From Bacteroidia bacterium (GTDB lineage Bacteria; Bacteroidota; Bacteroidia; UKL13-3): a stretch of 64,000 bases of DNA. The notes below the pieces were generated by a model. The model was not told the DNA's origin. It worked only from the letters and a program-made list of their open reading frames with translations, and did no database searches. A program made the translations under genes and the position numbers. The number at the start of each line of letters is the position of its first letter. The first letter of the stretch is position 1. This document shows positions 10,309-20,879 of this stretch, one piece after another. The stretch is from assembly GCA_044353855.1 (NCBI GenBank), contig JBILBF010000001.1:422071-486070 (forward strand). Direction: 5' to 3'.

Positions 10309-10737
10309 TTAGCAGGAAATTTTTGCTACACGGTTTTGATGACGGCCACCTTCAAAAGGAGTGGTTATAAAAGCAGATACAATTTGTTGTGCAAGTGTAA
10401 TATCAATAAAACGAGCAGGTAAGCAGAGCACATTTGCATTGTTATGTTGGCGAGCAAGGCTACCCAACTCTTCGTTCCAGCATAGTGCAGCACGAATACC
10501 TTGGTGCTTATTTGCAGTTATTGCAACACCGTTTCCGCTTCCGCAAATTAAGATCCCTAATTCGTTTTCGCCTTTTTCAACGGACAATGCTAGCGGGTGA
10601 GCATGATCTGGATAATCAACAGAAGCATCTGTTGTTGGTCCAAAGTCGGTTACTTGGTGACCTAGTGCTGCTAATGCTTCTGTAATGGCTTGCTTGTAAG
10701 TAAAACCGGCATGATCGCCTCCAATTGCTATGTTCAT
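10309..10737 (-). CDS. rpiB: Ribose-5-phosphate isomerase B
   Basis: DHAG, ICGSGNG, ARQHNNANVL, FEGGRH. Confidence 0.96.
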   Translation of the reverse strand: MNIAIGGDHAGFTYKQAITEALAALGHQVTDFGPTTDASVDYPDHAHPLALSVEKGENELGILICGSGNGVAITANKHQGIRAALCWNEELGSLARQHNNANVLCLPARFIDITLAQQIVSAFITTPFEGGRHQNRVAKISC

Positions 10738-10743
10738 ATAAAT

Positions 10744-11595
10744 TTATTTAACGTTAGTTTTAACATGTTTAGCTTGGTTTTTTTCGACCCCTTTAGCAAC
10801 AAAAATACTGAGTTCAAATAAACTATAAAGGGGAATAAACATCATTACTTGGCTAGCTACATCAGGCGAAGGCGTTAGGACACCGGATAAAATTAAAATG
10901 ACAACCACAGCATATCTTCTGTTTTTGCGCATCCACATACTCCCAATTAAACCAATTTTAGCTAAAAAGTAAACCAGTATAGGCAATTCAAAAATAAGGC
11001 CTGTAGCAAAAGCAAGGGTTGAGATAAAAGAAATATAAGACTCTAAATTTATTTCATTGCTGACCAAATCACTTACCCTATAGGAGCCCAAAAAATTGAT
11101 GGAAAGAGGTGCTAAAAAAAAGTAGCCAAATAAAATGCCAATAAAAAACAGCATAGAGCTAAAAAAAACTAACCCCGTAGCATAGTTTTGTTCTTTGGTA
11201 TTTAGTGCGGGCTTGATAAACCGCCAAAACTCCCACAAAACATAAGGGAAAGCCAATATTACACCCGAAATAAAAGCAATAAATAGATGCTGGGTAAATT
11301 GCCCCGACATTGTAATATTGGATAACACAAAGCCCATTTCTTTTATGCAATAACTATCATTTCCTGTTACCCGAAAGGATAAATCACATAACCACTCGTA
11401 GGTCCAAAAATCAATTCGTGTAGGTCCAAAAAGGATCACATCAAAAAGTAAGTGTTTATTTACAAAGGCAACAATTGCTAAGAGTATGATTGCAATAGCG
11501 GAACGAAACAAATGACCTCTTAAGGCATCGATATGACCAAAAAAGCTCATGTCTTTACCGTCATCAAAAGTTTCATCCATATTATCTAGTGCCAT
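10744..11595 (-). CDS. tatC: Twin-arginine translocase subunit TatC
   Basis: HIDALRGHL, WRFIKPAL, FELP, LTPSPD, LFELS; multiple TM helices. Confidence 0.94.
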   Translation of the reverse strand: MALDNMDETFDDGKDMSFFGHIDALRGHLFRSAIAIILLAIVAFVNKHLLFDVILFGPTRIDFWTYEWLCDLSFRVTGNDSYCIKEMGFVLSNITMSGQFTQHLFIAFISGVILAFPYVLWEFWRFIKPALNTKEQNYATGLVFFSSMLFFIGILFGYFFLAPLSINFLGSYRVSDLVSNEINLESYISFISTLAFATGLIFELPILVYFLAKIGLIGSMWMRKNRRYAVVVILILSGVLTPSPDVASQVMMFIPLYSLFELSIFVAKGVEKNQAKHVKTNVK

Positions 11596-11735
11596 AATGG
11601 GTGCGAAAATAATATTTATACAGGCTAATGAAAGATAAATTATTGAAACGATTTCGTATTCAAATAAAGGTTCTTTTAAATCTTTTTGGTTTTACCGTAA
11701 TTGCTTTTTTATTACTCAACAATAAATTAACCAAA

Positions 11736-12344
11736 ATGAAAAAATTGATGTTAACATTTGCGTTTTTAAGTATTGTCTTAACAAGCATTACTGCAAAAGA
11801 AAAAAAGCCAACACTAGAAAAAGGGATGTATGCGGAAATACAGACCAACAAAGGAAATATGTTGCTTCGCCTTGAATTTGAAAAAACACCGCTTACTGTT
11901 GCAAACTTTGTAGGGTTAGCAGAAGGGAAAATAAAAAACACTGCCAAAGCAGATGGAGTGCCTTATTACGATGGACTAAAATTTCACCGCGTCATTCCAA
12001 ACTTTATGATCCAAGGAGGCGATCCTCAAGGTAATGGACAAGGCGGACCCGGTTATGCTTTTAAAGATGAGTTTGTACCCGAATTTCAGTTTACCGGACC
12101 AGGTATTTTAGCAATGGCCAATGCAGGACCAACAACCAATGGAAGCCAGTTTTTTATTACCCACAAAGAAACGCCATGGTTAAATAACCGACACACCATT
12201 TTTGGCCATATAATAACTGGGCAAGATGTGGTAAATACGATTGAACAAGGCGACACAATTGTGCATATTAAAATCATTCGCAAAGGAAAGCCTGCGAAGA
12301 AGTTTAAAGCAGATAAGGTTTTTGAAGAGCTACGTTCAAAATAA
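11736..12344 (+). CDS. Cyclophilin-type peptidyl-prolyl isomerase, exported
   Basis: FHRVIPNFMIQGGDP, LAMANAGPTTNGSQFFIT; start moved to ATG 11736 (MKKLML..., signal peptide). Confidence 0.92.
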   Translation: MKKLMLTFAFLSIVLTSITAKEKKPTLEKGMYAEIQTNKGNMLLRLEFEKTPLTVANFVGLAEGKIKNTAKADGVPYYDGLKFHRVIPNFMIQGGDPQGNGQGGPGYAFKDEFVPEFQFTGPGILAMANAGPTTNGSQFFITHKETPWLNNRHTIFGHIITGQDVVNTIEQGDTIVHIKIIRKGKPAKKFKADKVFEELRSK

Positions 12345-12352
12345 CTACAAAC

Positions 12353-12387
12353 AAAAAATCCCGATTTATTTTTAATCGGGATTTTTT
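12353..12387. terminator. Bidirectional terminator
   Basis: aaaaaatcccgatt/aatcgggatttttt between convergent genes. Confidence 0.8.
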
Positions 12388-12409
12388 ATACACCTGAAGT
12401 TTGTCTAAA

Positions 12410-12919
12410 TTAATTTTCAACCATTGAGAACGAAGCCTTTTTTTCTATTGTACCAGTAGCTTGTTTAAACAAAGCATCTGTTACTCGGTATCTTTTTTTG
12501 CCGCCAACAATATCTACATTTAATTTTCCAGTTTGAACGACAAAGGATTGAGGATTTCCTCCATTCATTTGCGAAAACACAATATTAGACTGTTGATTGG
12601 TATTGCGACCAAGTGTATACATCCCATCTGCTGGAGCCACAGAAGTACTATCAAAATAAAGGCTGACATTTCCTAATAATACCGAAGTGGCTTGTTGAAA
12701 TAAAAAGGATCCCTCAACGTAATAATCTTCAAAAACGGGTTGTGCAACAACGTTTGTAATTGGAAGTTGCAAGCTATCCAAAAGAATAGAATTGTTTGGT
12801 GCATAATTAGCTCCTGTTGAAGTAGAAGCAGGTGTTGAAGGCGTTTCCTCATCTTTTTTACATTGCAGTAAAAACAAACTTGCCGTTAAGGCTAGAATGG
12901 TTAAATACGTTTTTTTCAT
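12410..12919 (-). CDS. Hypothetical lipoprotein
   Basis: MKK + hydrophobic stretch + LLQC followed by KKDEE (typical Bacteroidota surface-lipoprotein N-terminus); function unknown. Confidence 0.7.
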   Translation of the reverse strand: MKKTYLTILALTASLFLLQCKKDEETPSTPASTSTGANYAPNNSILLDSLQLPITNVVAQPVFEDYYVEGSFLFQQATSVLLGNVSLYFDSTSVAPADGMYTLGRNTNQQSNIVFSQMNGGNPQSFVVQTGKLNVDIVGGKKRYRVTDALFKQATGTIEKKASFSMVEN

Positions 12920-12943
12920 TTGATACATTAATTTATTTGAGTT

Positions 12944-14626
12944 TTAATATCCGGGCTTTGTTTCTTTATCTTTCAATCTTTCTTTAATATCCAATCTGTG
13001 TTTTCGGGCAGTATCAATAGCAATATCATATCCTGCATCTGCATGTCGAATCACTCCCATAGCAGGATCATTGTGTAAAACACGTTTTAACCTGCGAGCG
13101 GCATCCTCTGTTCCATCAGCCAAAATTACCATTCCTGCATGAATAGAATAGCCCATTCCAACACCACCACCATGGTGAACGGAAACCCAACTAGCACCAC
13201 CAGCTGTATTGATTAAGGCATTTAAAATTGGCCAATCAGCAACAGCATCACTTCCATCTTTCATGGCTTCCGTTTCGCGGTTTGGCGAAGCAACAGAACC
13301 AGTATCTAAATGGTCGCGGCCAATTACAATTGGACCTTTTACTTGACCTGTTCTAACCAATTCATTAAAAGCCAAAGCCGCTTTTTCTCTATCTCCTTGT
13401 CCTATCCAACAAATACGAGCTGGCAATCCTTGAAATGCAATGCGTTCTTGTGCCATGTCTATCCAGCGATGAAGGGATGTGTTTTCTGGAAACAATTCTT
13501 TCATTACTCGGTCGGTTACATAAATATCATTAGGGTCACCGCTTAAGGCTACCCAACGAAATGGGCCTTTTCCTTCGCAAAATAAAGGTCTAATATAAGC
13601 AGGTACAAATCCAGGAAACGAAAAAGCATTTTCTACATGACGCTGGTCTTTTGCCTGTCCGCGTAAATTGTTACCATAGTCAAAAACAATAGCTCCTTTA
13701 CTTTGTAGTTCAATCATTAATTTTACATGATGTGCCATGGTGTCCAATGATTTTTCAACGTATTTTACGGGCTCGGTTTTGCGCATATGGTCTGCTACTT
13801 CTTCTGCTATTCCTTCGGGATAATAACCATTCAACGGGTCATGTGCGGAAGTTTGATCAGTTAACAAATCGGGAATAATATTACGTTCAATTAGGCGCTC
13901 TAATAAATCGATTACATTGCACAATACGCCAATGGACAAACGTTGTCCAGCGGCCTTTGCTTTTAGCGCCATGTCAATAGCTTGATCAATATCCCTGCTC
14001 ATCACATCTAAATATCGTGTTTCAATTCGTTTTTTAATGCGCCACTCTACCATTTCGGCAGCCAAGCATACGCCATCACACATTGTTACCGATAAGGGCT
14101 GTGCTCCTCCCATACCACCCAAACCAGCAGTTACAGTTAAAGTGCCTTTTAGTGTTCCATTAAAATGTTGGCGAGCTGCTTCAGCAAAAGTTTCGTATGT
14201 GCCCTGTACAATTCCTTGTGAGCCAATATAAATCCAACTACCAGCAGTCATTTGGCCATACATCATCAATCCTTTTTTATCTAATTCGTGGAAGGTTTCC
14301 CAATTAGCCCACTTAGGAACCAACATAGAATTGGAGATGATAACGCGAGGAGCGTCTTTGTGTGTAGGCAAAATACCAACAGGCTTACCACTTTGTATCA
14401 ACAATGTTTCGTCTTCCTCTAAATCTTGCAAAGCCTTTACAATAAGCTCAAAGCTTTCCCAATTACGAGCAGCTTTTCCAATGCCACCGTATACGACTAA
14501 ATCCTCAGGTTTTTCAGCAACTTCGGGGTCTAAATTATTAAACAACATGCGCAATGCAGCTTCTTGTACCCATCCTTTGCAGCTTAATGTGTTGCCTGTT
14601 GCCGCGTGTAATTCTTTTCTTGCCAT
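12944..14626 (-). CDS. hutU: Urocanate hydratase
   Basis: [40 protein letters not shown]. Confidence 0.97.
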   Translation of the reverse strand: MARKELHAATGNTLSCKGWVQEAALRMLFNNLDPEVAEKPEDLVVYGGIGKAARNWESFELIVKALQDLEEDETLLIQSGKPVGILPTHKDAPRVIISNSMLVPKWANWETFHELDKKGLMMYGQMTAGSWIYIGSQGIVQGTYETFAEAARQHFNGTLKGTLTVTAGLGGMGGAQPLSVTMCDGVCLAAEMVEWRIKKRIETRYLDVMSRDIDQAIDMALKAKAAGQRLSIGVLCNVIDLLERLIERNIIPDLLTDQTSAHDPLNGYYPEGIAEEVADHMRKTEPVKYVEKSLDTMAHHVKLMIELQSKGAIVFDYGNNLRGQAKDQRHVENAFSFPGFVPAYIRPLFCEGKGPFRWVALSGDPNDIYVTDRVMKELFPENTSLHRWIDMAQERIAFQGLPARICWIGQGDREKAALAFNELVRTGQVKGPIVIGRDHLDTGSVASPNRETEAMKDGSDAVADWPILNALINTAGGASWVSVHHGGGVGMGYSIHAGMVILADGTEDAARRLKRVLHNDPAMGVIRHADAGYDIAIDTARKHRLDIKERLKDKETKPGY

Positions 14627-14675
14627 TTTATTTTATGATAAAGGTTTCGAAGGTAATGTTTTCTGATAAACTTGA

Positions 14676-15485
14676 TTAATCGCAAATATCGTTTGGTGAG
14701 CAAACAGCCCCTTCTGTTTCCCCCGTTTTTTCCAATTCGTTCCATGCTTGATTTAATGCACCCAAAAAGGTTTCAGAAGGTTGTGCCCCAGAAACCGCAT
14801 ACTTATTATTTAATACAAAAAAAGGAACACCTGTTACGCCAATTTTGTGTGATTCATCAATATCTTGGCGAACATTAGAGGCATAATTATCCGAAGCAAG
14901 AACTTGTTTGACTTCAGCTTCATTTAAACCGATTTCAACGGCTAAACGAGTTAAGGCTGCATGGTCTGCTGTGTTTTTACCATCTACAAAATAGGCTTTA
15001 AACAATTGCTCTTCCATTGCATCGCTTTTGTTTTTTGTTTTAGAAAATTGTATCAGGCGGTGAGCATCAAATGAATTTGCAACAACCGTTTTATCAAAAT
15101 TATAATGCAAACCAACTTCTTTTGCCATCGCAATTACATTTTCAGTAACCTCTTTTGTATAACCAATTGTCCATCCTTTGCTTTCTGCTAAATGCACTAA
15201 TGTGTTTTTAGTAGGGTCCGTTTTCAAGTCGGGCTGCAATTGGTAACTTTTCCAAACGACTTCGACTTCCTTTTGGTCCTCAAATTTTTCAAGTGCTGCT
15301 TCAAATTTACGTTTGCCGATATAACAAAACGGACACATTACATCACTCCAAATTTCTACTTTCATCTTTTTAGTTGTATTAGGCTTTTTTATATGTTTTT
15401 GTGCATTAGCCATTGTTCCAAAGCACAAAAGTAGCATACATATAACTATGCTAAAGCTGTTTGTTTTAATGATTTTGGTTAGCAC
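14676..15485 (-). CDS. DsbA/FrnE family thiol-disulfide oxidoreductase
   Basis: WSDVMCPFCYIG, GVPFF, SGAQ, C-terminal CSPNDIC tail; apparent N-terminal signal peptide. Confidence 0.9.
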   Translation of the reverse strand: MLTKIIKTNSFSIVICMLLLCFGTMANAQKHIKKPNTTKKMKVEIWSDVMCPFCYIGKRKFEAALEKFEDQKEVEVVWKSYQLQPDLKTDPTKNTLVHLAESKGWTIGYTKEVTENVIAMAKEVGLHYNFDKTVVANSFDAHRLIQFSKTKNKSDAMEEQLFKAYFVDGKNTADHAALTRLAVEIGLNEAEVKQVLASDNYASNVRQDIDESHKIGVTGVPFFVLNNKYAVSGAQPSETFLGALNQAWNELEKTGETEGAVCSPNDICD

Positions 15486-15561
15486 GAATAATTAAGTATA
15501 AGCGGGGAACAAAAAGAAGCAATAAAATGTTTAAAAAAAAGTAAGATATTCGTTCGCGATT

Positions 15562-15954
15562 TTGAAGTTCATATTTCAACATATCTCGTTGGTGTTGCTT
15601 GCCATTTTTACGGCAACTTTTGTGCCGTTTAATGTGTTACATCACCATGCCGAAGAAGATCATTTTGCTTATGTTCATGCTCATAAGGCCATTAAAAATC
15701 ATCATTGCGAATTGGATAGCCATTTTTGCCAAAAGGATTTAGAGCCGAATTGCGGTCATTCAGAACATATTAAAAACACCTTAGAAAACTGTTTTACTTG
15801 CGAGTTTCATTTCATCAAACATTTTGATCAAATACAATCAAAATCATTATTGTTAACAGAATCAGGGCTTAATGTATACAATAGCCTTATTGTTAAAAAG
15901 GAGCACCAAACAATACTTTTTATAAGCAATAAAGGACCGCCACGTTCAGTCTAG
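15562..15954 (+). CDS. His/Cys-rich leader protein (DUF2946/CruR-like architecture) upstream of a TonB receptor
   Basis: N-terminal hydrophobic segment, His-rich region, CFTC, C-terminal KGPP three codons before the stop; TTG start. Confidence 0.65.
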   Translation: MKFIFQHISLVLLAIFTATFVPFNVLHHHAEEDHFAYVHAHKAIKNHHCELDSHFCQKDLEPNCGHSEHIKNTLENCFTCEFHFIKHFDQIQSKSLLLTESGLNVYNSLIVKKEHQTILFISNKGPPRSV

Positions 15955-16009
15955 CCGTCATTGATGTTAACGCATTATTTCCAAAATTTTTATTAAAAAA
16001 AATATACCC

Positions 16010-18352
16010 ATGCGCATATTCTGTATGTTAGCGGTGTGTTTGTTTGTTAATAGTGTTTTAGCACAAAACACAAAACTGTTGTATTCTCTTAAAATCACAG
16101 TAAAGGATAGTATTACTGGATTGTTTTTGGAAGAAGCAACGGTTAAACTTACTAAACATGCACACGCACATGTAACCAATACAAGAGGTGACGTTGTTTT
16201 TGACACGCTAAGTGCGGGTCATTATCATTTAACGTGCACTTATATAGGCTATTATTCTTACGAAACAAGTATCGATTTGCCTAATCAATCTTGGGTTACC
16301 GTCTTGCTTTGTCCATCGAGTTACCATTTACATGAAATGATTATTGAAGGAAATGCAACCCAAAACAGGCAATCATTTTCAACACAATCGAGTACTGCTT
16401 TAAATCAAACACAAATTGAAAAAATGCGGGGGCAAAACCTAGGCGAGCTACTCAAAAATGTAAATGGCATGACGACTTTAAACACCGGTCCCGGGATTTC
16501 AAAACCAGTATTGCGAGGGTTGCATAGCAATCGGGTGGTTATGCTCAATAATGGAGTAAGGCAAGAAGAACAACAATGGGGTAGTGAACATGCACCTGCA
16601 ATAGATCCTTTTGCGGTAAACAAAGTTGAAGTGATAAAAGGCGCTGCCTCTGTTGAATATGGACCGGAAGCCATTGGTGGTGTAGTAAGACTTTCACCTA
16701 GGCCATACTCAACCATGAATGGCCTAAATGGAGAAATATCGTTACAAGGGTTTTCGAACAACAAACAAGGTTCGGCAACAGCAATGCTTCAAGGGACACA
16801 TTTAAGTAAACAGCAATTAAGTTGGCGCGCACAAGGAACATTACGAAAAGCGGGCGATTCGCGCGCTCCCGATTATGTGATTTCCAATACAGGTTTTGAT
16901 GAGCAAAACGGAAATGTTTCGGCAGCGTACTTAAATAAAAAATTGTATGTAGAGGTTTTTGCAAGCGTGTTTAATTCAACAATTGGTATTATGAGGGCCG
17001 CTCATATTGGAAGTTCCACAGATTTGGTAAAAGCGATAAATAGTGATAAGCCGTTCATTGTAAAACCATTTACTTATGCCATTGGCAAGCCTTACCAACA
17101 AGTATGGCACGAATTACAAAGTTTTAAACTGTCATACGCTTTTACAGTATTGGGTAAACTTGAATTTCAAGCGGCACGGCAACTAAACTCAAGGAAAGAA
17201 TACGATTTAGGGCTATCATGGAATCCGCAATCGCAGACAAAACCCGCTTACCATTTAACTTTAACAACGTATACTTATGACGGTGTATTTGAACATAAAA
17301 AATGGAAAAACATTGTTGGAAAAGTAGGTGGGAGCCTAATGGCTCAATCTAATTATACGGAAGGAATGCAGAAGCCCTTGATTCCAAATTTCATTGCCAA
17401 TACGTATGGTTTTTTCGTTTTTGAAAAATGGAAAAAAGGCAGATGGACAGCCGAGTTAGGATCAAGGTTCGACAAGCGAAATCAGACTATTTACCAACGG
17501 AATAATAAGAATGAAATTATTACCCAAAGGAGAGGTTACCAGCGAGCAACTGCAATTGTTGGAGGGTCTTATATGCTCTCGGAAAAGCTAAAATTGAGTT
17601 CTACTTTTTCATCAGCATGGCGACCGCCATCGGTAAATGAATTGTATAGCAATGGCCTGCACAATGGAACAGCAACGTATGAAATTGGCGACTCGAATTT
17701 GATACCTGAACGCAGTTATAACGTGGATGTAAACCTAAAATACCAGCACACAAAATGGGTTTTAGAGACCAGTATTTTTAGGAATACCATTTATAACTTT
17801 ATTTACCAACTACCAAAACAAACTCCAACCATAACTCTCCGCGGCACGTTTCCTTCATTTGTATTTACCCAAACGGATGCGGTTATGCAAGGTGCGGAAA
17901 TGAATGTTTCATATTTTATTAGCAACCATTTAAGCACAACCGGAGCAATTAGTTATCTGCTTGCAGATGATGCTGCCAATAATCAACCGCTCATTTATAT
18001 GCCTGCAAATAGAGTAAAACTTGGGGTACAATATCAAACCAATACCCTTTGGAAAGCAGAGCATTTTTTTGCTGAATTGAATTGGCAATATATAGCAGAA
18101 CAAAAACGCTTTCCGCAAAATTTGGATTACAAAAGTCCGCCACCTGCTTATAATTTACTTGATATAAATATGGGTTTTGAATTTCCAGTAAAACAACAAC
18201 ACATAAGGGTTTCTGCCAGTGTAAATAATGTATTTAACGAAACCTACCGCGACTACCTAAGCCGATTTAGGTATTTTACCGATGAGCCCGGACGCAATTT
18301 TATTGTAAGGCTTACTATTCCTTTTCAACTATTTAAAACAAATAATAAATAA
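16010..18352 (+). CDS. TonB-dependent receptor, probably for a transition metal
   Basis: Signal peptide, N-terminal extension with HAHAH, plug motif KPVLRGLHSNRV...QQWGSEHAPAID, C-terminal GRNFIVRLTIPF. Confidence 0.88.
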   Translation: MRIFCMLAVCLFVNSVLAQNTKLLYSLKITVKDSITGLFLEEATVKLTKHAHAHVTNTRGDVVFDTLSAGHYHLTCTYIGYYSYETSIDLPNQSWVTVLLCPSSYHLHEMIIEGNATQNRQSFSTQSSTALNQTQIEKMRGQNLGELLKNVNGMTTLNTGPGISKPVLRGLHSNRVVMLNNGVRQEEQQWGSEHAPAIDPFAVNKVEVIKGAASVEYGPEAIGGVVRLSPRPYSTMNGLNGEISLQGFSNNKQGSATAMLQGTHLSKQQLSWRAQGTLRKAGDSRAPDYVISNTGFDEQNGNVSAAYLNKKLYVEVFASVFNSTIGIMRAAHIGSSTDLVKAINSDKPFIVKPFTYAIGKPYQQVWHELQSFKLSYAFTVLGKLEFQAARQLNSRKEYDLGLSWNPQSQTKPAYHLTLTTYTYDGVFEHKKWKNIVGKVGGSLMAQSNYTEGMQKPLIPNFIANTYGFFVFEKWKKGRWTAELGSRFDKRNQTIYQRNNKNEIITQRRGYQRATAIVGGSYMLSEKLKLSSTFSSAWRPPSVNELYSNGLHNGTATYEIGDSNLIPERSYNVDVNLKYQHTKWVLETSIFRNTIYNFIYQLPKQTPTITLRGTFPSFVFTQTDAVMQGAEMNVSYFISNHLSTTGAISYLLADDAANNQPLIYMPANRVKLGVQYQTNTLWKAEHFFAELNWQYIAEQKRFPQNLDYKSPPPAYNLLDINMGFEFPVKQQHIRVSASVNNVFNETYRDYLSRFRYFTDEPGRNFIVRLTIPFQLFKTNNK

Positions 18353-18356
18353 CAAC

Positions 18357-18965
18357 ATGAATTACCTAAAAAACACAGTATCATTTCTGGCAATAACAGC
18401 CCTTATTTTTATTACATCGTGTAAAAAAGAAGACGATAAAAAAGACGTTACCATACCGCCAATTATAAATCCTGAGGAACAGATTACAACGGTAATATTA
18501 AAAGGTTACGATGAAAACAATCCCAACGATATTAGTCGTCAGTTTGCAATAAAGTGGGAAGACATGGATGGAACAGGAGGCAATGCTCCAATAATTGATT
18601 CATTAGTCTTGGACACCGGCACTCAGTATCGAGTTCAGGTTTTACTACTTGATAAAACAAAGACTCCTTGGGATACGATCTCGAACGAAGTAGAAAAAGA
18701 GAAAAATGTGCATCAGTTTTTTTACACCCCAAGTGTTTCTGTGAATGGTAAAATGGAAGTAGAAGTGCTAGATTTTGATGACAACATTCCAAAATTGCCC
18801 GTGGGTTTGGCGTTTCTCATGAATATTGCTGCCGAACCAACTTTTGCAATCCCATTGGTTGGAAAATTGGGTGTTGTGTTAAGCCATTATGATGGCATAC
18901 CTAAAACGATAACGCCCTCGCCTGAAAGCGATATTGATATTGTTTTTCCGGTAAAATTGAAATAA
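18357..18965 (+). CDS. Surface lipoprotein associated with the TonB receptor
   Basis: Lipobox ITSC + KKEDD; motifs EEQITTV, HQFFY, LSH; 4 nt after the receptor stop. Confidence 0.75.
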   Translation: MNYLKNTVSFLAITALIFITSCKKEDDKKDVTIPPIINPEEQITTVILKGYDENNPNDISRQFAIKWEDMDGTGGNAPIIDSLVLDTGTQYRVQVLLLDKTKTPWDTISNEVEKEKNVHQFFYTPSVSVNGKMEVEVLDFDDNIPKLPVGLAFLMNIAAEPTFAIPLVGKLGVVLSHYDGIPKTITPSPESDIDIVFPVKLK

Positions 18966-19038
18966 AAACCAGCCTGAACATATATACGCTCATTGCGCTT
19001 TTTTTGAGGCGGGGGTGTATATATGTCTTTATAGATTG

Positions 19039-19728
19039 TTATTCTTTTTTTGTTTTCTTTTTGCCATCAATTACCAGCACTATTTCTCCTTTTACAGGCT
19101 TTGATTCAAAATACATAATTAACTCATCTAATGTTCCGTTTTTTGTTTCTTCAAACATTTTGGTAAGCTCTCGAGAGACAGATGCAAGCCTTTCACCACC
19201 AAAAAACTCTTTTAATTGATGTAAACATTTTACCAATCGGTGAGGAGACTCATATAAAATAATCGTCCGTTCTTCTTCAGCTAATTTTTTGAGCATCGTT
19301 TGCCGGCCTTTTTTATCTGGCAAAAACCCTTCAAAACAAAAACTATCGCTTGGCAAACCACTTTTTACCAAAGCAGGAACAAAAGCTGTTGGGCCAGGCA
19401 AACACTCAATTGCAATTTGATTGCGCAAACATTCGCGAACCAATAAAAAACCGGGATCACTAATAGCTGGAGTACCTGCATCACTTACCAATGCTAAGTT
19501 TTTACCGTTTTCTAACATCGTTATAAACCGTTGCAGTTCTCGGTGTTCATTGTGCATGTGGTAAGGAATGAGCGGCTTTTCAATCTCATAATGTTTAATC
19601 AGTTTAATAGATTGCCTTGTGTCTTCGGCCAAAATCGCATCCACTTCTTTTAATATTCTTAAAGCACGAAGGGTAATATCCTCCATATTACCGATGGGTG
19701 TGGGTATTAAATATAATTTACCTGCCAT
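19039..19728 (-). CDS. rsmI: 16S rRNA C1402 2'-O-methyltransferase
   Basis: PTPIGNMEDIT, AEDTR, VSDAGTPAISDPG, YESPHR, RELTKMFEE. Confidence 0.96.
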   Translation of the reverse strand: MAGKLYLIPTPIGNMEDITLRALRILKEVDAILAEDTRQSIKLIKHYEIEKPLIPYHMHNEHRELQRFITMLENGKNLALVSDAGTPAISDPGFLLVRECLRNQIAIECLPGPTAFVPALVKSGLPSDSFCFEGFLPDKKGRQTMLKKLAEEERTIILYESPHRLVKCLHQLKEFFGGERLASVSRELTKMFEETKNGTLDELIMYFESKPVKGEIVLVIDGKKKTKKE

Positions 19729-19889
19729 GGCAACGAATGTAAGGAAAGTTCACGGTTGATAGATTAAGGTAATCGTTTTTTAAGTTTAAGCAACTCCAAT
19801 AATTGCCAAGCAAACTTATTCAACCCAATTAACTGCTTTTTTTTTCGAGTTAAAAAATTAATTTAGCGCCCACTTAAAACAAACAAAGT

Positions 19890-20270
19890 ATGAATTTTCC
19901 TGAAACATTAGTTTACACCAAAGATCACGAATGGGTTCGCATAGAAGGCGATACTGCTTATGTAGGTATTACAGATTTTGCACAACATGAATTGGGTGAT
20001 ATTGTTTATGTAGACATTAACACTGTTGGTAAAACAGTTGCACAACACGAGGTATTTGGAACAGTGGAAGCGGTAAAAACAGTTTCTGATTTGTTTATGC
20101 CTTTGAGTGGTGAAGTACTTGAAATGAACAGCAAACTAGACAACGCTCCTGAAATGGTAAACAGCGATGCTTATGGCGATGGATGGATGGTAAAAATTAA
20201 AATTACAAATGCTGCAGAAGTTGCAGGGCTTATGAGTGTTGCCGATTACAAAACGTTGGTAAACGCTTAA
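19890..20270 (+). CDS. gcvH: Glycine cleavage system H protein
   Basis: [25 protein letters not shown] lipoyl-lysine motif. Confidence 0.97.
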   Translation: MNFPETLVYTKDHEWVRIEGDTAYVGITDFAQHELGDIVYVDINTVGKTVAQHEVFGTVEAVKTVSDLFMPLSGEVLEMNSKLDNAPEMVNSDAYGDGWMVKIKITNAAEVAGLMSVADYKTLVNA

Positions 20271-20290
20271 TTAGATATTTTTAACAACAG

Positions 20291-20329
20291 AAAAGAGGAA
20301 CTTCACTTACTGCGGAGTTCCTCTTTTTT
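20291..20329 (+). terminator. Intrinsic terminator after gcvH
   Basis: aaaagaggaact/agttcctctttttt. Confidence 0.8.
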
Positions 20330-20349
20330 ATATAAACCCATATTTAAAC

Positions 20350-20877
20350 ATGAAAAAATTATTAAGTATTGCTTGTGTATGCATAAGTTTTTTTGTGCAA
20401 GCACAACAGCTATTTCCAATTTTACATTGCGAAACATTATCCGACAAAACGGTAGTAATTCCTACTGATATTTTGGGAAAACGAAGTGTGATATGTATGG
20501 CCATGTCTCCCAAGGCCGAAAAAGAACTGCGAGCATGGAACAACCCGTTATACAAAGCATTAGTTGCCGATGGCATGGGCGGGTTAATGGGAAGAATGTA
20601 TGATGCAAACCTTTGTTTTGTAGGTATGCTAAAAGGGATAGCCAAGTTGGGATTAACTGAAGCCAAAAAACAGTCGAAAAAAGAGGTAGAAAAAAAACTA
20701 CATGACAATTTTATGGTGAGTGATGATGATGTGAAAATGTTAATGAAAACACTTGGAATTACAGATGTAAAAGAGCCCCATTTTTTTGTGTTAGATGCTG
20801 AGGGTAAAATAATATACCATACTCAGGGCGAATATTCCGATCAAAAACTAAACGAAATAACAGAACGATTGCTTTAA
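20350..20877 (+). CDS. Exported hypothetical protein, thioredoxin-like fold without CxxC
   Basis: Signal peptide; C-terminal PHFFVLDAEGKI pattern typical of thioredoxin/TlpA-like folds. Confidence 0.55.
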   Translation: MKKLLSIACVCISFFVQAQQLFPILHCETLSDKTVVIPTDILGKRSVICMAMSPKAEKELRAWNNPLYKALVADGMGGLMGRMYDANLCFVGMLKGIAKLGLTEAKKQSKKEVEKKLHDNFMVSDDDVKMLMKTLGITDVKEPHFFVLDAEGKIIYHTQGEYSDQKLNEITERLL

Positions 20878-20879
20878 CT

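Noticed and set aside
12944-14626. hutU without other hut genes; men genes scattered at 47.9-50.2 and 60.2-61.8 kb
   Set aside because: Dispersed pathway genes are normal in Bacteroidota.
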